Source: Pseudomonadota bacterium
GTDB lineage: Archaea > Thermoplasmatota > SW-10-69-26 > JACQPN01 > JAJPHT01
NCBI GenBank assembly: GCA_021325135.1
Contig: JAJPHT010000025.1
Span: forward strand, 1 to 33,047
Reading direction: 5' to 3'
DNA length: 33,047 bases
Numbering within the stretch: position 1 is the first letter of the stretch; every line of letters starts with the position of its first letter. A program made the translations under genes and the position numbers. Below are positions 7,156 through 15,532 of the stretch, in pieces. Under the pieces are notes generated by a model. That model made no database searches and was not told the DNA's origin. It saw only the letters and a program-made list of their open reading frames with translations.

Positions 7156-9177
7156 GTGCGCCTCGCCGCGCTCCTCGTGGTGGGCACGATCCTGGCCGGA
7201 TGCAGCGCGACGCGCGAGCCCTCCGCGCCCGAGCTTCCCGCCCTCCTGGGCCGCGCGTCCGCGGGGGGCGGCGCCATCACCGACGCGCCCGGATATTTCG
7301 CCTCGTTCTCCTCCGACGCATCGCAGGGCGACGTCGGCGGCGCCACCGTCGTCACGGTGAGCGGCTCCATCCAGGACAACAACAGCGAGAGCGACGTCGC
7401 CTGGATCCGCGGCTGGCTCAACGGCAGCACGCCCCAGTCCGTCAACCACACCGTGACCTCGGCCGAGCGCGCCGCCCTCGCCGAGCCCGCGGCCTTCGGC
7501 GCGGACGGCTTCAAGGTCTGGACGGGCGCCAGCGACGTGGACGGCCTGCTCCTGTTCCGCTGGCGCGTGGCCATCCCCCTGGGCGCCGCGCCCGGCCTCT
7601 ACGCGCTCGCGGCCAGCGAGGGCAACCCGGGAGTCCCCGCGTGGTCCCCCGAGCGCCCCCTCACGCTCCAGAAGGCCAGCGAGGTCACCGTCGCCGCGCA
7701 GCCCGTCAACTGGACCGGCGCGGCGCAGAACGCCTCGTGGGGCGCGTGGAGCGCGTCCCCCGGCGCGGCCAACGTCACGTCCAGCAACTACCTCAAGCTC
7801 GTCAACACGGGGCAGCTTGCGCGGCCGCGCGTCGTCGTGGACTTCAACGAGCTCTCCTTCGCCGGCACGGTCGACCCCGCGTACACCGTGCCCATCAACG
7901 GGGCCGTCGACTTCGCCTGGTGGGAGGACACCAACCCCACGGGCAGCGCGCCCTCCCGCGGAACCTACAACTGGACGGCGAGCGCGGATGGCAGCGTCAC
8001 GCTCCAGTTCTCCGCCAAGGGCGACGTCGTCTACCTGACGTACCGCGTCCGCTCGCTCCCCGCCGTGCTGCGCGACCAGCCCTACGCCGCGACGTTCACC
8101 GTGACCGACGTGGGCGGCGACGACGGGGCGAGCGCGCAGCCCGACCTCGTCGTCGAGTCCGTGGGCACGCCCACGGGCGCCCTGCCGGGCAGCGTGGTCA
8201 CGTTCACTGCCACCATCCGCAACGTGGGCCTCGCCACCGCCCCCGCCGCGCTGATCCCCGTCCGGATGACGCTGGACGGGAGCGCATTCCTCACCGCGAC
8301 GTACAACGCGACCGGGCCCCTCGCGCCAGGCGCGCGCATCACCGTGACCAGCGCCCCGTGGAGCGCCACCAAGGGGAGCCACACCCTCAACGTCACCGTC
8401 GATCCCCTCAACGCCACGGCCGAGAGCGTGGAGTCCAACAACGCGCTCGCCGCGGGCTTCACCGTGGCCGCCGGGCCCGCGGACCCGGGCTTCCCCTACG
8501 AGGACGCGGCGTGCGACACGCAGTACGAGTCCGGCGTCGACGTCGCGATCTCCCTCTCCAACGTCCGCGACGGCACCTACGACGCGTCCAGCCGCTGCCT
8601 CGTGATCCCGCCCAGCGTAGGTGATATCAGCACGAACAAGGTGGTCAGCTACAAGTCCGCCGCGGGCGTCACGGTCCAGGTGAACGTCACCTCGACCGCC
8701 AACGCCCTCACCCTCGACGCGGGCGCCGGCTTCGTCCGGGCGCCAGGCGTCGCGCTGGCCAGCAAGGGGCTCCTCACGGTCAAGAGCACGGGCGCGGACG
8801 TCGACGTCTCGGGCGCCACCATGACCAGCAGCACGGACGCCGTGAGCGTCACCACCGCCGGGGGCGGGGCCCTCGACGCCACGGGCGCCCGCGTCAGCGC
8901 CGCCAAGGGCGTGACCCTCAAGGCGGCCGGAGCCCCCCTTGCGGCGCCCGGCCTCGCCGCGGCGGCGGGCCAAGGCATCGCCCTCACCTCGCGCGGAAGC
9001 CTGGACCTCCGCTTCGCCTACCTCAACGCGACCGCGAGCATCACGCTGGGCACGACCATCGCCGCGCAGCAGGTCCTCGTCGACGCGGCCGAGCTCCACG
9101 ACGTGGACGACCGCGCCGCCCTCACGCCCAGCGGCGACGTCGTGGTGGGCTCGCCGGCCTACGGCAGCGTGGGCTGA
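7156..9177 (+). CDS. Lipoprotein, paralog 3, with added CARDB-like domain and C-terminal repetitive beta-solenoid-like region
   Basis: GGAGG at 7144, GTG at 7156, LVVGTILAGC lipobox and the family module. PDLVV...VTVDP.N...ES.ESNN is the CARDB signature. The tail has xLxLxA-type periodicity. Confidence 0.85.
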   Translation: MRLAALLVVGTILAGCSATREPSAPELPALLGRASAGGGAITDAPGYFASFSSDASQGDVGGATVVTVSGSIQDNNSESDVAWIRGWLNGSTPQSVNHTVTSAERAALAEPAAFGADGFKVWTGASDVDGLLLFRWRVAIPLGAAPGLYALAASEGNPGVPAWSPERPLTLQKASEVTVAAQPVNWTGAAQNASWGAWSASPGAANVTSSNYLKLVNTGQLARPRVVVDFNELSFAGTVDPAYTVPINGAVDFAWWEDTNPTGSAPSRGTYNWTASADGSVTLQFSAKGDVVYLTYRVRSLPAVLRDQPYAATFTVTDVGGDDGASAQPDLVVESVGTPTGALPGSVVTFTATIRNVGLATAPAALIPVRMTLDGSAFLTATYNATGPLAPGARITVTSAPWSATKGSHTLNVTVDPLNATAESVESNNALAAGFTVAAGPADPGFPYEDAACDTQYESGVDVAISLSNVRDGTYDASSRCLVIPPSVGDISTNKVVSYKSAAGVTVQVNVTSTANALTLDAGAGFVRAPGVALASKGLLTVKSTGADVDVSGATMTSSTDAVSVTTAGGGALDATGARVSAAKGVTLKAAGAPLAAPGLAAAAGQGIALTSRGSLDLRFAYLNATASITLGTTIAAQQVLVDAAELHDVDDRAALTPSGDVVVGSPAYGSVG

Positions 9178-9246
9178 GCCAACCCGGCTGTGCGGACCTG
9201 GGGCGGGTCCGGAACCCTCTTATGCCCCAGGCTCGGAGCCTTCGTC

Positions 9247-9645
9247 GTGCTGAGGAACGCCCTGGTCGTGGACGACTCGCCCACGATCCGTCTCGCCCTG
9301 CGGAGCATGCTCCAGCGCGCGGGCATCCCCGAAGGGGGCATCGTGGACGCCGACACCGGAGAGATGGCGGTCCGCCTCTTCGGAGAGCGCAACCCCGACG
9401 TCGTCTTCCTGGACATCGAGATGCCGGGTCTCGACGGCGAGGCGGTCGCCACGGAGCTGCTCCGCGTGAGGCCCACCGCGAAGCTCATCCTCACCACGGG
9501 CCTGGAGCGCAACGATCCCCGCGTGAGGCGTCTCGTCTCGCTGGGCGCCTTCGACGTGGTGGAGAAGCCGCTGCGCCGCGAGCGGATCGAGGACGTGCTG
9601 CGGCTCCTGGACGAGAGCGAGCGCGAGGCGGGGCGCATCCGGTAG
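9247..9645 (+). CDS. Stand-alone response regulator receiver (CheY-like) protein
   Basis: LVVDDS, VFLDIEMPGLDG (phospho-Asp), LTT and KP motifs; no output domain. Start is approximate. Confidence 0.9.
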   Translation: MLRNALVVDDSPTIRLALRSMLQRAGIPEGGIVDADTGEMAVRLFGERNPDVVFLDIEMPGLDGEAVATELLRVRPTAKLILTTGLERNDPRVRRLVSLGAFDVVEKPLRRERIEDVLRLLDESEREAGRIR

Positions 9646-9646
9646 C

Positions 9647-10111
9647 TCAGATGTCCACGATGACGCGCACCTCGGCGCGCCCAGGCTCGTCGCGGATCTC
9701 CATGTCGTGGAACGTGATGGCCTTCACCTCGTGGACGTGGCCGTGCCGCGCGGCGTCGTAGGCCTCCCCCTCGACCTCCGCCACCAGGCGGTCCTTCCCC
9801 TCGAAGCGCACGCGCACCGCGGTGGCGACGTAGAGGCGCGTCTGGAGCATGTCCAGCATCTCGTCCAGGAGGCGGAAGAGGAGGCGCTCGCGGCTCTCGC
9901 CCTCCACCTCGATGCGCGCCGCGCCCACGGCCTTCGCCTGCGACACGTCCACCACGTTGGCGACGAGCCCCAGCGCGGCCTGCGCGAAGGCCTCCTCCAG
10001 CGTGGGGCCCCAGGCGCGGATGCCCACGTCGGCGGTGTGCTCGAAGTAGCCGAACCCGCGGTCCACGGGCGCGCCAGGGCGGGGTGGGGCTTCAGGCTTC
10101 GCGTCGTCCAC
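9647..10111 (-). CDS. Archease (RtcB tRNA ligase cofactor)
   Basis: YFEHTADVGIRAWG.TLEEAF and EVKAITFH...VDI signature motifs; GTG start inferred. Confidence 0.92.
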   Translation of the reverse strand: MDDAKPEAPPRPGAPVDRGFGYFEHTADVGIRAWGPTLEEAFAQAALGLVANVVDVSQAKAVGAARIEVEGESRERLLFRLLDEMLDMLQTRLYVATAVRVRFEGKDRLVAEVEGEAYDAARHGHVHEVKAITFHDMEIRDEPGRAEVRVIVDI

Positions 10112-10139
10112 CTCTGCTCGACCCTCGGCTCGCGCTCCT

Positions 10140-10216
10140 CGATGCAACCCGAACCAACGAACCACCGGACCAGAGCAAACCTGTGGTTCGGTGGTTCGTT
10201 GGTTCGGGTTGCATCG
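10140..10216. repeat. 33-bp inverted repeat (1 mismatch) with 11-nt loop, built from CGAACCA subunits
   Basis: 10140-10172 cgatgcaacccgaaccaacgaaccaccggacca pairs with 10184-10216. Confidence 0.9.
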
Positions 10217-10237
10217 TGTAGCTTGACCAGGCCGCAA

Positions 10238-10912
10238 TCAGGATAGGCGAGCCAGCAGCGCATCCAACGGCAGCGCCTCGGCGGGCTCGCGCAGGGTGAT
10301 ATCAGCTTCGCGCACCTGCTCGGGGCGCGTCGAGCGCGGGTTCGGCACGGCGACGACGAGGAAGCCCGCCGCCTTGGCGCTGGCGACGCCGCGGGGCGAG
10401 TCCTCGAAGGCGAGCGCGTCGCGGGGCGCGACGTTCATGCGCGACGCGGCGACCCGGTAGGGCTCGGGGTCGGGCTTGGGCCGCTCGACGTCCTCGCCCG
10501 TGACGATGGCGGTGAAGAAGCGCGTGGCGCCCAGGGACTCCAGCGTGGCGAGCGCGTCCTCGCGGTGGCCGCTGGTCACGAGCGCGACGGGCCCGAGGGC
10601 GCGGCACGCGGCGAGGAGGTCCAGGGCGCCCGGGCGCGGCCGCGCGGGCTCGTCGTCCAGCGCCTGGAGGAACGCCGCGTGGCGCAGCGCCAGCAGCTCG
10701 TCCAGGCTGTGCGCGACGCCGCTGGCGACGCGATAGGCCTCCACGAGGTCGCGCGTGCGCTTGCCGGTCGCGTCGTGGAAGACGTCGCGCACGCCCGCCG
10801 CCTCGACGCCCGTGAGGTCCAGCATCGCGCGCGTGGCGGCGACGTGCTGCGCCTCGCAGTCGGTGAGCGTCTCGTCGAGGTCGAAGGCGAAGGCGCGCAC
10901 GGGCTCGCGCAT
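10238..10912 (-). CDS. HAD-family phosphatase (beta-PGM/CbbY-like)
   Basis: Motif I FDLDETL, LVTS, KPDPEPY, FEDS..G. Confidence 0.9.
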   Translation of the reverse strand: MREPVRAFAFDLDETLTDCEAQHVAATRAMLDLTGVEAAGVRDVFHDATGKRTRDLVEAYRVASGVAHSLDELLALRHAAFLQALDDEPARPRPGALDLLAACRALGPVALVTSGHREDALATLESLGATRFFTAIVTGEDVERPKPDPEPYRVAASRMNVAPRDALAFEDSPRGVASAKAAGFLVVAVPNPRSTRPEQVREADITLREPAEALPLDALLARLS

Positions 10913-10973
10913 GGCTTGTGGAGCGTGCGCTCCCGCTTGGCGTTTGCCTTCGGTCAAGGAGAACATCAAGGCG

Positions 10974-11984
10974 TCAAGGCCGCACCCGAGGGCTCTCCTG
11001 CGGGGCGGGCCCGTCGGGGACGAGGCTGCGCACGGGCTCGCGGCGCGCGCGGAGGCGCTTCGCCATGGCGGCCGCGAGGAGGGAGGCGGTGAGGAAGACG
11101 GCGGCGAGGCCCAGGGCCCACGCCAGGAGGTTCCCCACGTCGAGGGGCACGAGGCCGAGGAACTGCGCCCACGAGACGCCCACGCCGCCCAGGCCCAGGC
11201 CGGTGGCGGTCCACGCCACCGGGCGGCGCTTCTCGATGCGGCCCGCGCGCTTGTCGGCGTCCTGCGCCGCGCTCATGACGCCCGCCACGCCCGAGGTCAC
11301 GTCGAGCCCCGCGCCGGCGAGCTTGGCCAGCTGGCCCAGGCGGCTCGCGCGCTCCTCCTCTTCCTTCTTGTGGCGCTCGCGGGCCTTCCAGAACTCCTTG
11401 AGGTCGCGGAGGATCTGCCAGAGGCCGTAGCCCGTGGCGACGCTGGCCACGGTGACGACGGCGCCCGACGCGGTGAGGAGGGGGTTGCCTTCGACGTGGA
11501 CGTAGAAGTGCTGGCTGTAGAGCGCGGCGCCCTGCGGGTCGCGCACGGCGACGTCCATGAGGAAGAGCCCCGCGCCGATGCTCTTGAACGCGTGCAGGTC
11601 GACGGTGCGGTTGATGAAGACGGTGAAGCCGGGCGGGATGGAGGTGTTCGTCTCCGAGACGCGCGTGAGCGCCGGGGGAGGCGAGCCGCCAGGGCCGGAG
11701 ACGACGAGCCCCACCTCGAAGCTGCGGATCTCCCACGTCGCGTTGGGCGGCGGCGCCACGGCGAGGCTCACGTTGGCCTCCTTCGAGGGGTCGAAGGCGA
11801 TGGCGCCCCGCGGGTCGGACGCCGACGCGACGTCCACTCCGTCGATGGTCACGCGGATGCCGGGCTCCCCGCCCACGGCGAACGAGACGCCGGGAGGGAG
11901 CGCGGGGGGCGTGGCGTTGTCCTGCCCGCGCGCCAGGGGCGCCACGAGGAGGAAGGCCAGCAGCACCAGCGCAGGCAGACGCAC
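10974..11984 (-). CDS. Hypothetical membrane protein (signal peptide, extracellular beta domain, about 3 TM helices)
   Basis: MRLPALVLLAFLLVAPLARG signal; hydrophobic segments LLTASGAVVTVASVATGYGLW and two near the C-terminus. Confidence 0.75.
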   Translation of the reverse strand: MRLPALVLLAFLLVAPLARGQDNATPPALPPGVSFAVGGEPGIRVTIDGVDVASASDPRGAIAFDPSKEANVSLAVAPPPNATWEIRSFEVGLVVSGPGGSPPPALTRVSETNTSIPPGFTVFINRTVDLHAFKSIGAGLFLMDVAVRDPQGAALYSQHFYVHVEGNPLLTASGAVVTVASVATGYGLWQILRDLKEFWKARERHKKEEEERASRLGQLAKLAGAGLDVTSGVAGVMSAAQDADKRAGRIEKRRPVAWTATGLGLGGVGVSWAQFLGLVPLDVGNLLAWALGLAAVFLTASLLAAAMAKRLRARREPVRSLVPDGPAPQESPRVRP

Positions 11985-12080
11985 GGGAGGGAGGAGGCCG
12001 GGCCCCCCGCTTTGGCCTTTGCGGGATGGCGCTCCGGCCCCGCGCGGTTTTTCAGGAGGGACCCCCCATCCCGCCTGGCC

Positions 12081-12153
12081 GCCACCTTAGCTCAGTCGGT
12101 AGAGCTCTCGCCTTGTAAGCGAGGGGTCGTGGGTTCGATTCCCACAGGTGGCT
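12081..12153 (+). tRNA. tRNA-Thr(UGU), no intron, CCA not encoded
   Basis: Acceptor GCCACCT/AGGTGGC; D arm AGCTCAGTCGGTAGAGC; anticodon arm CTCGC-CT-TGT-AA-GCGAG; T loop GGTTCGATTCC. Confidence 0.97.
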
Positions 12154-12328
12154 TCAGAAGGGTGCAAGCCGGCCCCGGGACCCATGGCGGGAGGCAAACG
12201 AAGGGAGGCTGACGAGGTGGGGGTCCCGGGGCGGCTGACGGCCCTCCGGGGGCCGGGGCCCTCTTGAAGATTCTCGGGAATGCCTCGAAGCGTGCGGCGC
12301 CCGCCCCCTGCGCCGCTGCCGCATGGCA

Positions 12329-12345
12329 TGGAGGAAATTTGTGAA
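12329..12345. promoter_or_regulatory. TGGAG-N7-GTGAA motif, copy 1 (reverse orientation of TTCAC-N7-CTCCA)
   Basis: tggag gaaattt gtgaa; the same fixed bases occur at 13413, 15263 and 18614. Confidence 0.55.
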
Positions 12346-12498
12346 ATCCGCCCCATGGGCCGCAAGCATGATGTTTCCCTCGTGCATGGCGCCTCGTCCT
12401 CGGACGGGGCATGGATCTTCGATTCCCGTCCGAGACAGCGGGGCCGCCGGGCCAATTCCGTAAGACCTCAGCCCAGACCGGCGGCCCCAGCCTCCTCT

Positions 12499-13095
12499 TC
12501 ACCGTCGCCTGGCGCCGTTCTCCTCGTCGCCCTTCGTGCGGCCGGCCCCCAGCGCGGCCATGAGCGCCCTCAGCTGGGGCGAGGGGCGGAGGTCCACGTG
12601 GCGCGTCTTCGAGCCCGAGAGGATGAGGCCCCCGTCCAGCAGCTGCTTGACGTGGTAGTAGACCACGCGGGGCGACTCCCCGGTCGCCTCCACGATCTGC
12701 TTGATGGTCGTGCGGGGGCAGCGGAGGATGGCGAGGGCCACCTTGCGCGTGGTCTCGTGCTGGAGCGCCGCGAAGGCCGAGGCGTCCCCCTCGGCGGCCG
12801 TCTTCGGGAGGAAGGCCATGCGGTAGGCGCCCACGTAACGCAGGCGGACGAGGCCAAGGGACCTCAATTTCTTCAGGTGGTGGTAGAAGGCTCCCCACCC
12901 GAGGCCGACCTCGCGGCGCAGCTGGCTCACGGAGATGCCGGGGTGCCTGCCCACGGCCTCCAGGATCTGCTGGCGGGCGGGAAAGGCCTCCACCTCGTCC
13001 CGCGTGAGGAAGTGGCGCCCCAGCAGCGGGACCACCGAGGGAGCGAGGGTCCGCACCAGCGGCCAAGCGGTCTGCCAGGAGCCTCCATGCGGCAC
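12499..13095 (-). CDS. Tandem winged-helix (ArsR/HTH_24-like) transcriptional regulator
   Basis: RQQILEAVGRHPGISVSQL...YHHLKKL and a second repeat RKVALAIL..P..TIKQI...YYHVKQL; start uncertain. Confidence 0.85.
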   Translation of the reverse strand: MPHGGSWQTAWPLVRTLAPSVVPLLGRHFLTRDEVEAFPARQQILEAVGRHPGISVSQLRREVGLGWGAFYHHLKKLRSLGLVRLRYVGAYRMAFLPKTAAEGDASAFAALQHETTRKVALAILRCPRTTIKQIVEATGESPRVVYYHVKQLLDGGLILSGSKTRHVDLRPSPQLRALMAALGAGRTKGDEENGARRR

Positions 13096-13156
13096 GTGCC
13101 ATGCCTCCGCACGGGGAGAGACCTAAGGGACCTTGGAGGTTTCCTGAGGATCGGTG

Positions 13157-13360
13157 TTAGGGAGGAACCCGCATGGGGCAGCCATCACCCTCGAACGTCA
13201 CGGGCTGCGTGGGGTCGAAGGGGTGGAGCGAGATGTTGCACCCGTCGTTGATCTGGATCTCCCTGGGGAGTTGCGTCGGCCGCAAGGCGTCTGCGGTGGG
13301 AGGGAGGGCGGCCACGATGCCGGCGATGGTTAGCAGGAGGAGGAGTCTCGTGCGAATCAC
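13157..13360 (-). CDS. Small secreted peptide (67 aa; about 42-aa mature part with two DGC cysteines)
   Basis: MIRTRLLLLLTIAGIVAALPPTADA signal with an AxA site; mature ...NDGC...GDGC.... Confidence 0.6.
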   Translation of the reverse strand: MIRTRLLLLLTIAGIVAALPPTADALRPTQLPREIQINDGCNISLHPFDPTQPVTFEGDGCPMRVPP

Positions 13361-13412
13361 CGGTTATCCTTGGGCCCTTCAATATCCTAAGGAGTCCGGT
13401 TTTTCCCCGGAA

Positions 13413-13429
13413 TTCACGATCCTGCTCCA
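13413..13429. promoter_or_regulatory. TTCAC-N7-CTCCA motif, copy 2, in a divergent promoter region
   Basis: ttcac gatcctg ctcca between the peptide gene and the TPR membrane protein gene. Confidence 0.55.
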
Positions 13430-13501
13430 GTTTTTCGCTGAGAATTTCCGTCATGGGGCGACCCACAAGGCCAAGAATCCGTCCCGCTTTTCCCCCCTCC
13501 G

Positions 13502-14989
13502 ATGAGGGCTTGGCTGCTGGTGGCGCTGCTGGCGCTGGTCGTGGCGCCCTTGGCGGAGGCCGAACCCGCTTCGGGCACGCTCGTCTCGAAGGGCGCCATG
13601 CTGCTGCCCCTGGGCACCCTGGTCGACGCCACCCCCAGCGCCCTCTCCGTCGCCCAGACGGCCGGCCTCGCGCGCCTGCATCTGGTCGCCGCGCGCCTCC
13701 ACGTGGACGAGTGGGAGCAGCCCGTCTCCGAGGTGGCGATCCCCGGCACGCAGTACACCGTGGGCACCGACACCGGGGCGGGCCGGATCGTCGACAGCAA
13801 GGACTTCCTCAACGCCACGGCGGACCTCGTGGACGGGGCCAACAACACGGGCACGCTGGGCGTCTACTTCGACGGGCGGCAGAACCTCACGGCCCTGACC
13901 CAGGGGCCCACGAACGTCTCCTCTGCCCAGGACGAGATCGTCGGGGCCCGATCGCCGGGGGACCAGGGCTATCACCCGGAGAGGCGCACCTACAGCCAGG
14001 ACGTCATCCCGCCCCACCTCTCCTGGCACGTCCAGGGCGTCGTCCAGGTGCGGGGCCCCTGGGTGCTCCAGCTGAGCGGCCCGGACATCGCCATCTCCAG
14101 CCAGGACAAGACGGCGTCCTACCAGACCGGCCTGCTGGACGGCGGGGGCGGGCTGCCCGGCGTCACCTACCAGTGGCTCGTCGTGACCGCCGACCAGGGG
14201 TGGATCGTCATGGAGAGCCCCTCGGACGTGCGGTTCTCCGCCTCCTCCAGCCGAGCGACGTGGAGCGGCACGGCCGAGGCCGACTCCCTCTCGGGCGCCC
14301 TGAAGACGCCGCACGGCGAGCTTCAGCCCTCGGGCGACAGGACCAACCTCACCGGGCAGCTCACCACGGAGCTTGCCCCGGCGGGGGACGCGCAGGGGAA
14401 GCTCATGACGCTCCTGGTGCGGGGCGACCTCCGCTCGTCCACCCTGGCCGCGACTTCCGCGCCCTCCCCCCTCTCCGGCGGCTGGGCCCAGGCGGGCGCG
14501 CTCACCGGGGGCACCATCCTCCTCGTCGCCCTGGCCGTGGGCGGCACCGCCCTCGCGCGGCGCGTCTCGCACCGCCCCCTCACGGTGGACCAATTGCTGG
14601 AGCTGGCGGACCGGGCGGCGGAGGACGGGAACTTCGCGGTGGCGCGGGACTGGACCGCGAAGGCGAAGGCGCGCATGCCAAAGCATCCGCGCGTGCTCAT
14701 CGACCACGGGTTCTTCTGCGCGCAGTGCGGCGAGGTGGAGGAGGCGCTGGAGGCCTACCGCGAGGCGGCGGAGGCGTCGGACTCCGGGGAGCCCGAGTTC
14801 CTGGCGAGCCAGCTGCTCCTGAGGCATTTCGAGCGGGAGGACGAGGCGGCGGCGCTGCTGCTGCGGGCGCTGGAGAAGGCGCCGGAGCTCCTCTTCGAGA
14901 CGGAGGAGATGCCCGAGTTCGTCCGCCTCCGGGGGCGGGAGGACGTGCGGCTGGGGCTGGGCCGGGCGGCCCGAAGGGCGCGACCCTGA
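13502..14989 (+). CDS. Single-pass membrane protein: extracellular beta-rich domain, TM, cytoplasmic TPR-like domain
   Basis: Signal MRAWLLVALLALVVAPLAEA; TM GTILLVALAVGGTALARR; TPR-like helices (GNFAVARDW..KA...P, GEVEEALEAYREA, EAAALLLRALEKAPE). Confidence 0.82.
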   Translation: MRAWLLVALLALVVAPLAEAEPASGTLVSKGAMLLPLGTLVDATPSALSVAQTAGLARLHLVAARLHVDEWEQPVSEVAIPGTQYTVGTDTGAGRIVDSKDFLNATADLVDGANNTGTLGVYFDGRQNLTALTQGPTNVSSAQDEIVGARSPGDQGYHPERRTYSQDVIPPHLSWHVQGVVQVRGPWVLQLSGPDIAISSQDKTASYQTGLLDGGGGLPGVTYQWLVVTADQGWIVMESPSDVRFSASSSRATWSGTAEADSLSGALKTPHGELQPSGDRTNLTGQLTTELAPAGDAQGKLMTLLVRGDLRSSTLAATSAPSPLSGGWAQAGALTGGTILLVALAVGGTALARRVSHRPLTVDQLLELADRAAEDGNFAVARDWTAKAKARMPKHPRVLIDHGFFCAQCGEVEEALEAYREAAEASDSGEPEFLASQLLLRHFEREDEAAALLLRALEKAPELLFETEEMPEFVRLRGREDVRLGLGRAARRARP

Positions 14990-15262
14990 TCAGGAGCGGG
15001 GGTTGCGCTTGGGCGCGTGCGGCCGGGGGGTCCGGTCGCCGGTGGCCTTGAGGCTCCCGGTGAATCCCTCCACGAGCCCGTAGGCCCGCAGCCGGTTGAG
15101 CAGCGGGTGGACGTGGGGCTGCGGGACGCGCGCCATGCGCGCGATGGTCTTGGCGTCCTGGCCGCCGCGTCGCACCGCGTTGAGGACGCGCTCGGTCTGG
15201 GTCAGTGCTGGGCGGCCGGGGCCGCGGGTTCCTCGCCTCGCTCGTGAGCTGGTCACGACCAT
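14990..15262 (-). CDS. Small basic HTH DNA-binding protein (TrmB/wHTH-like), 90 aa
   Basis: GGAGGTG SD and ATG at 15262; TERVLNAVRRG..DAKTIARMARVPQPHVHPLLNRLRAYGLV HTH pattern. Confidence 0.7.
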   Translation of the reverse strand: MVVTSSRARRGTRGPGRPALTQTERVLNAVRRGGQDAKTIARMARVPQPHVHPLLNRLRAYGLVEGFTGSLKATGDRTPRPHAPKRNPRS

Positions 15263-15279
15263 TTCACAACACACCTCCA
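15263..15279. promoter_or_regulatory. TTCAC-N7-CTCCA motif, copy 3, abutting the HTH gene start and overlapping its SD
   Basis: ttcac aacacac ctcca. Confidence 0.5.
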
Positions 15280-15532
15280 ACAAATTTTCTTCGGCTAGTG
15301 CCGGGGCTGGGGAGGAAGGGTTACCGGCCCGAGCGGGAGGCAATCGAGGGAGACGAGGGGGGATGCGGCGGGCCGGAAGGAGCCCCGGACACCCCCGCAT
15401 CCTTCTGCGGGCGTCCGGGACGTGGGGAACGACTCGGGCGCTCGCCCCATAACCGCTCTCAGGCAGACGTCGAACCGTATGCGGCGCGCCAGGACGCAAG
15501 GTGTTTCCGGGAGGGGGCGGGTTCCGGAGCCC

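Noticed and set aside
3890-9177. Type IV pilin/archaellin or SipW-TasA assignment for the paralogs
   Set aside because: The N-termini are lipobox-type (AGC), not class III signal peptides. No ATPase, TadC-like protein or signal peptidase gene lies nearby.
9647-12153. tRNA-splicing module (archease near a tRNA)
   Set aside because: The tRNA has no intron, and no rtcB or endA is present in the window; the proximity is probably incidental.
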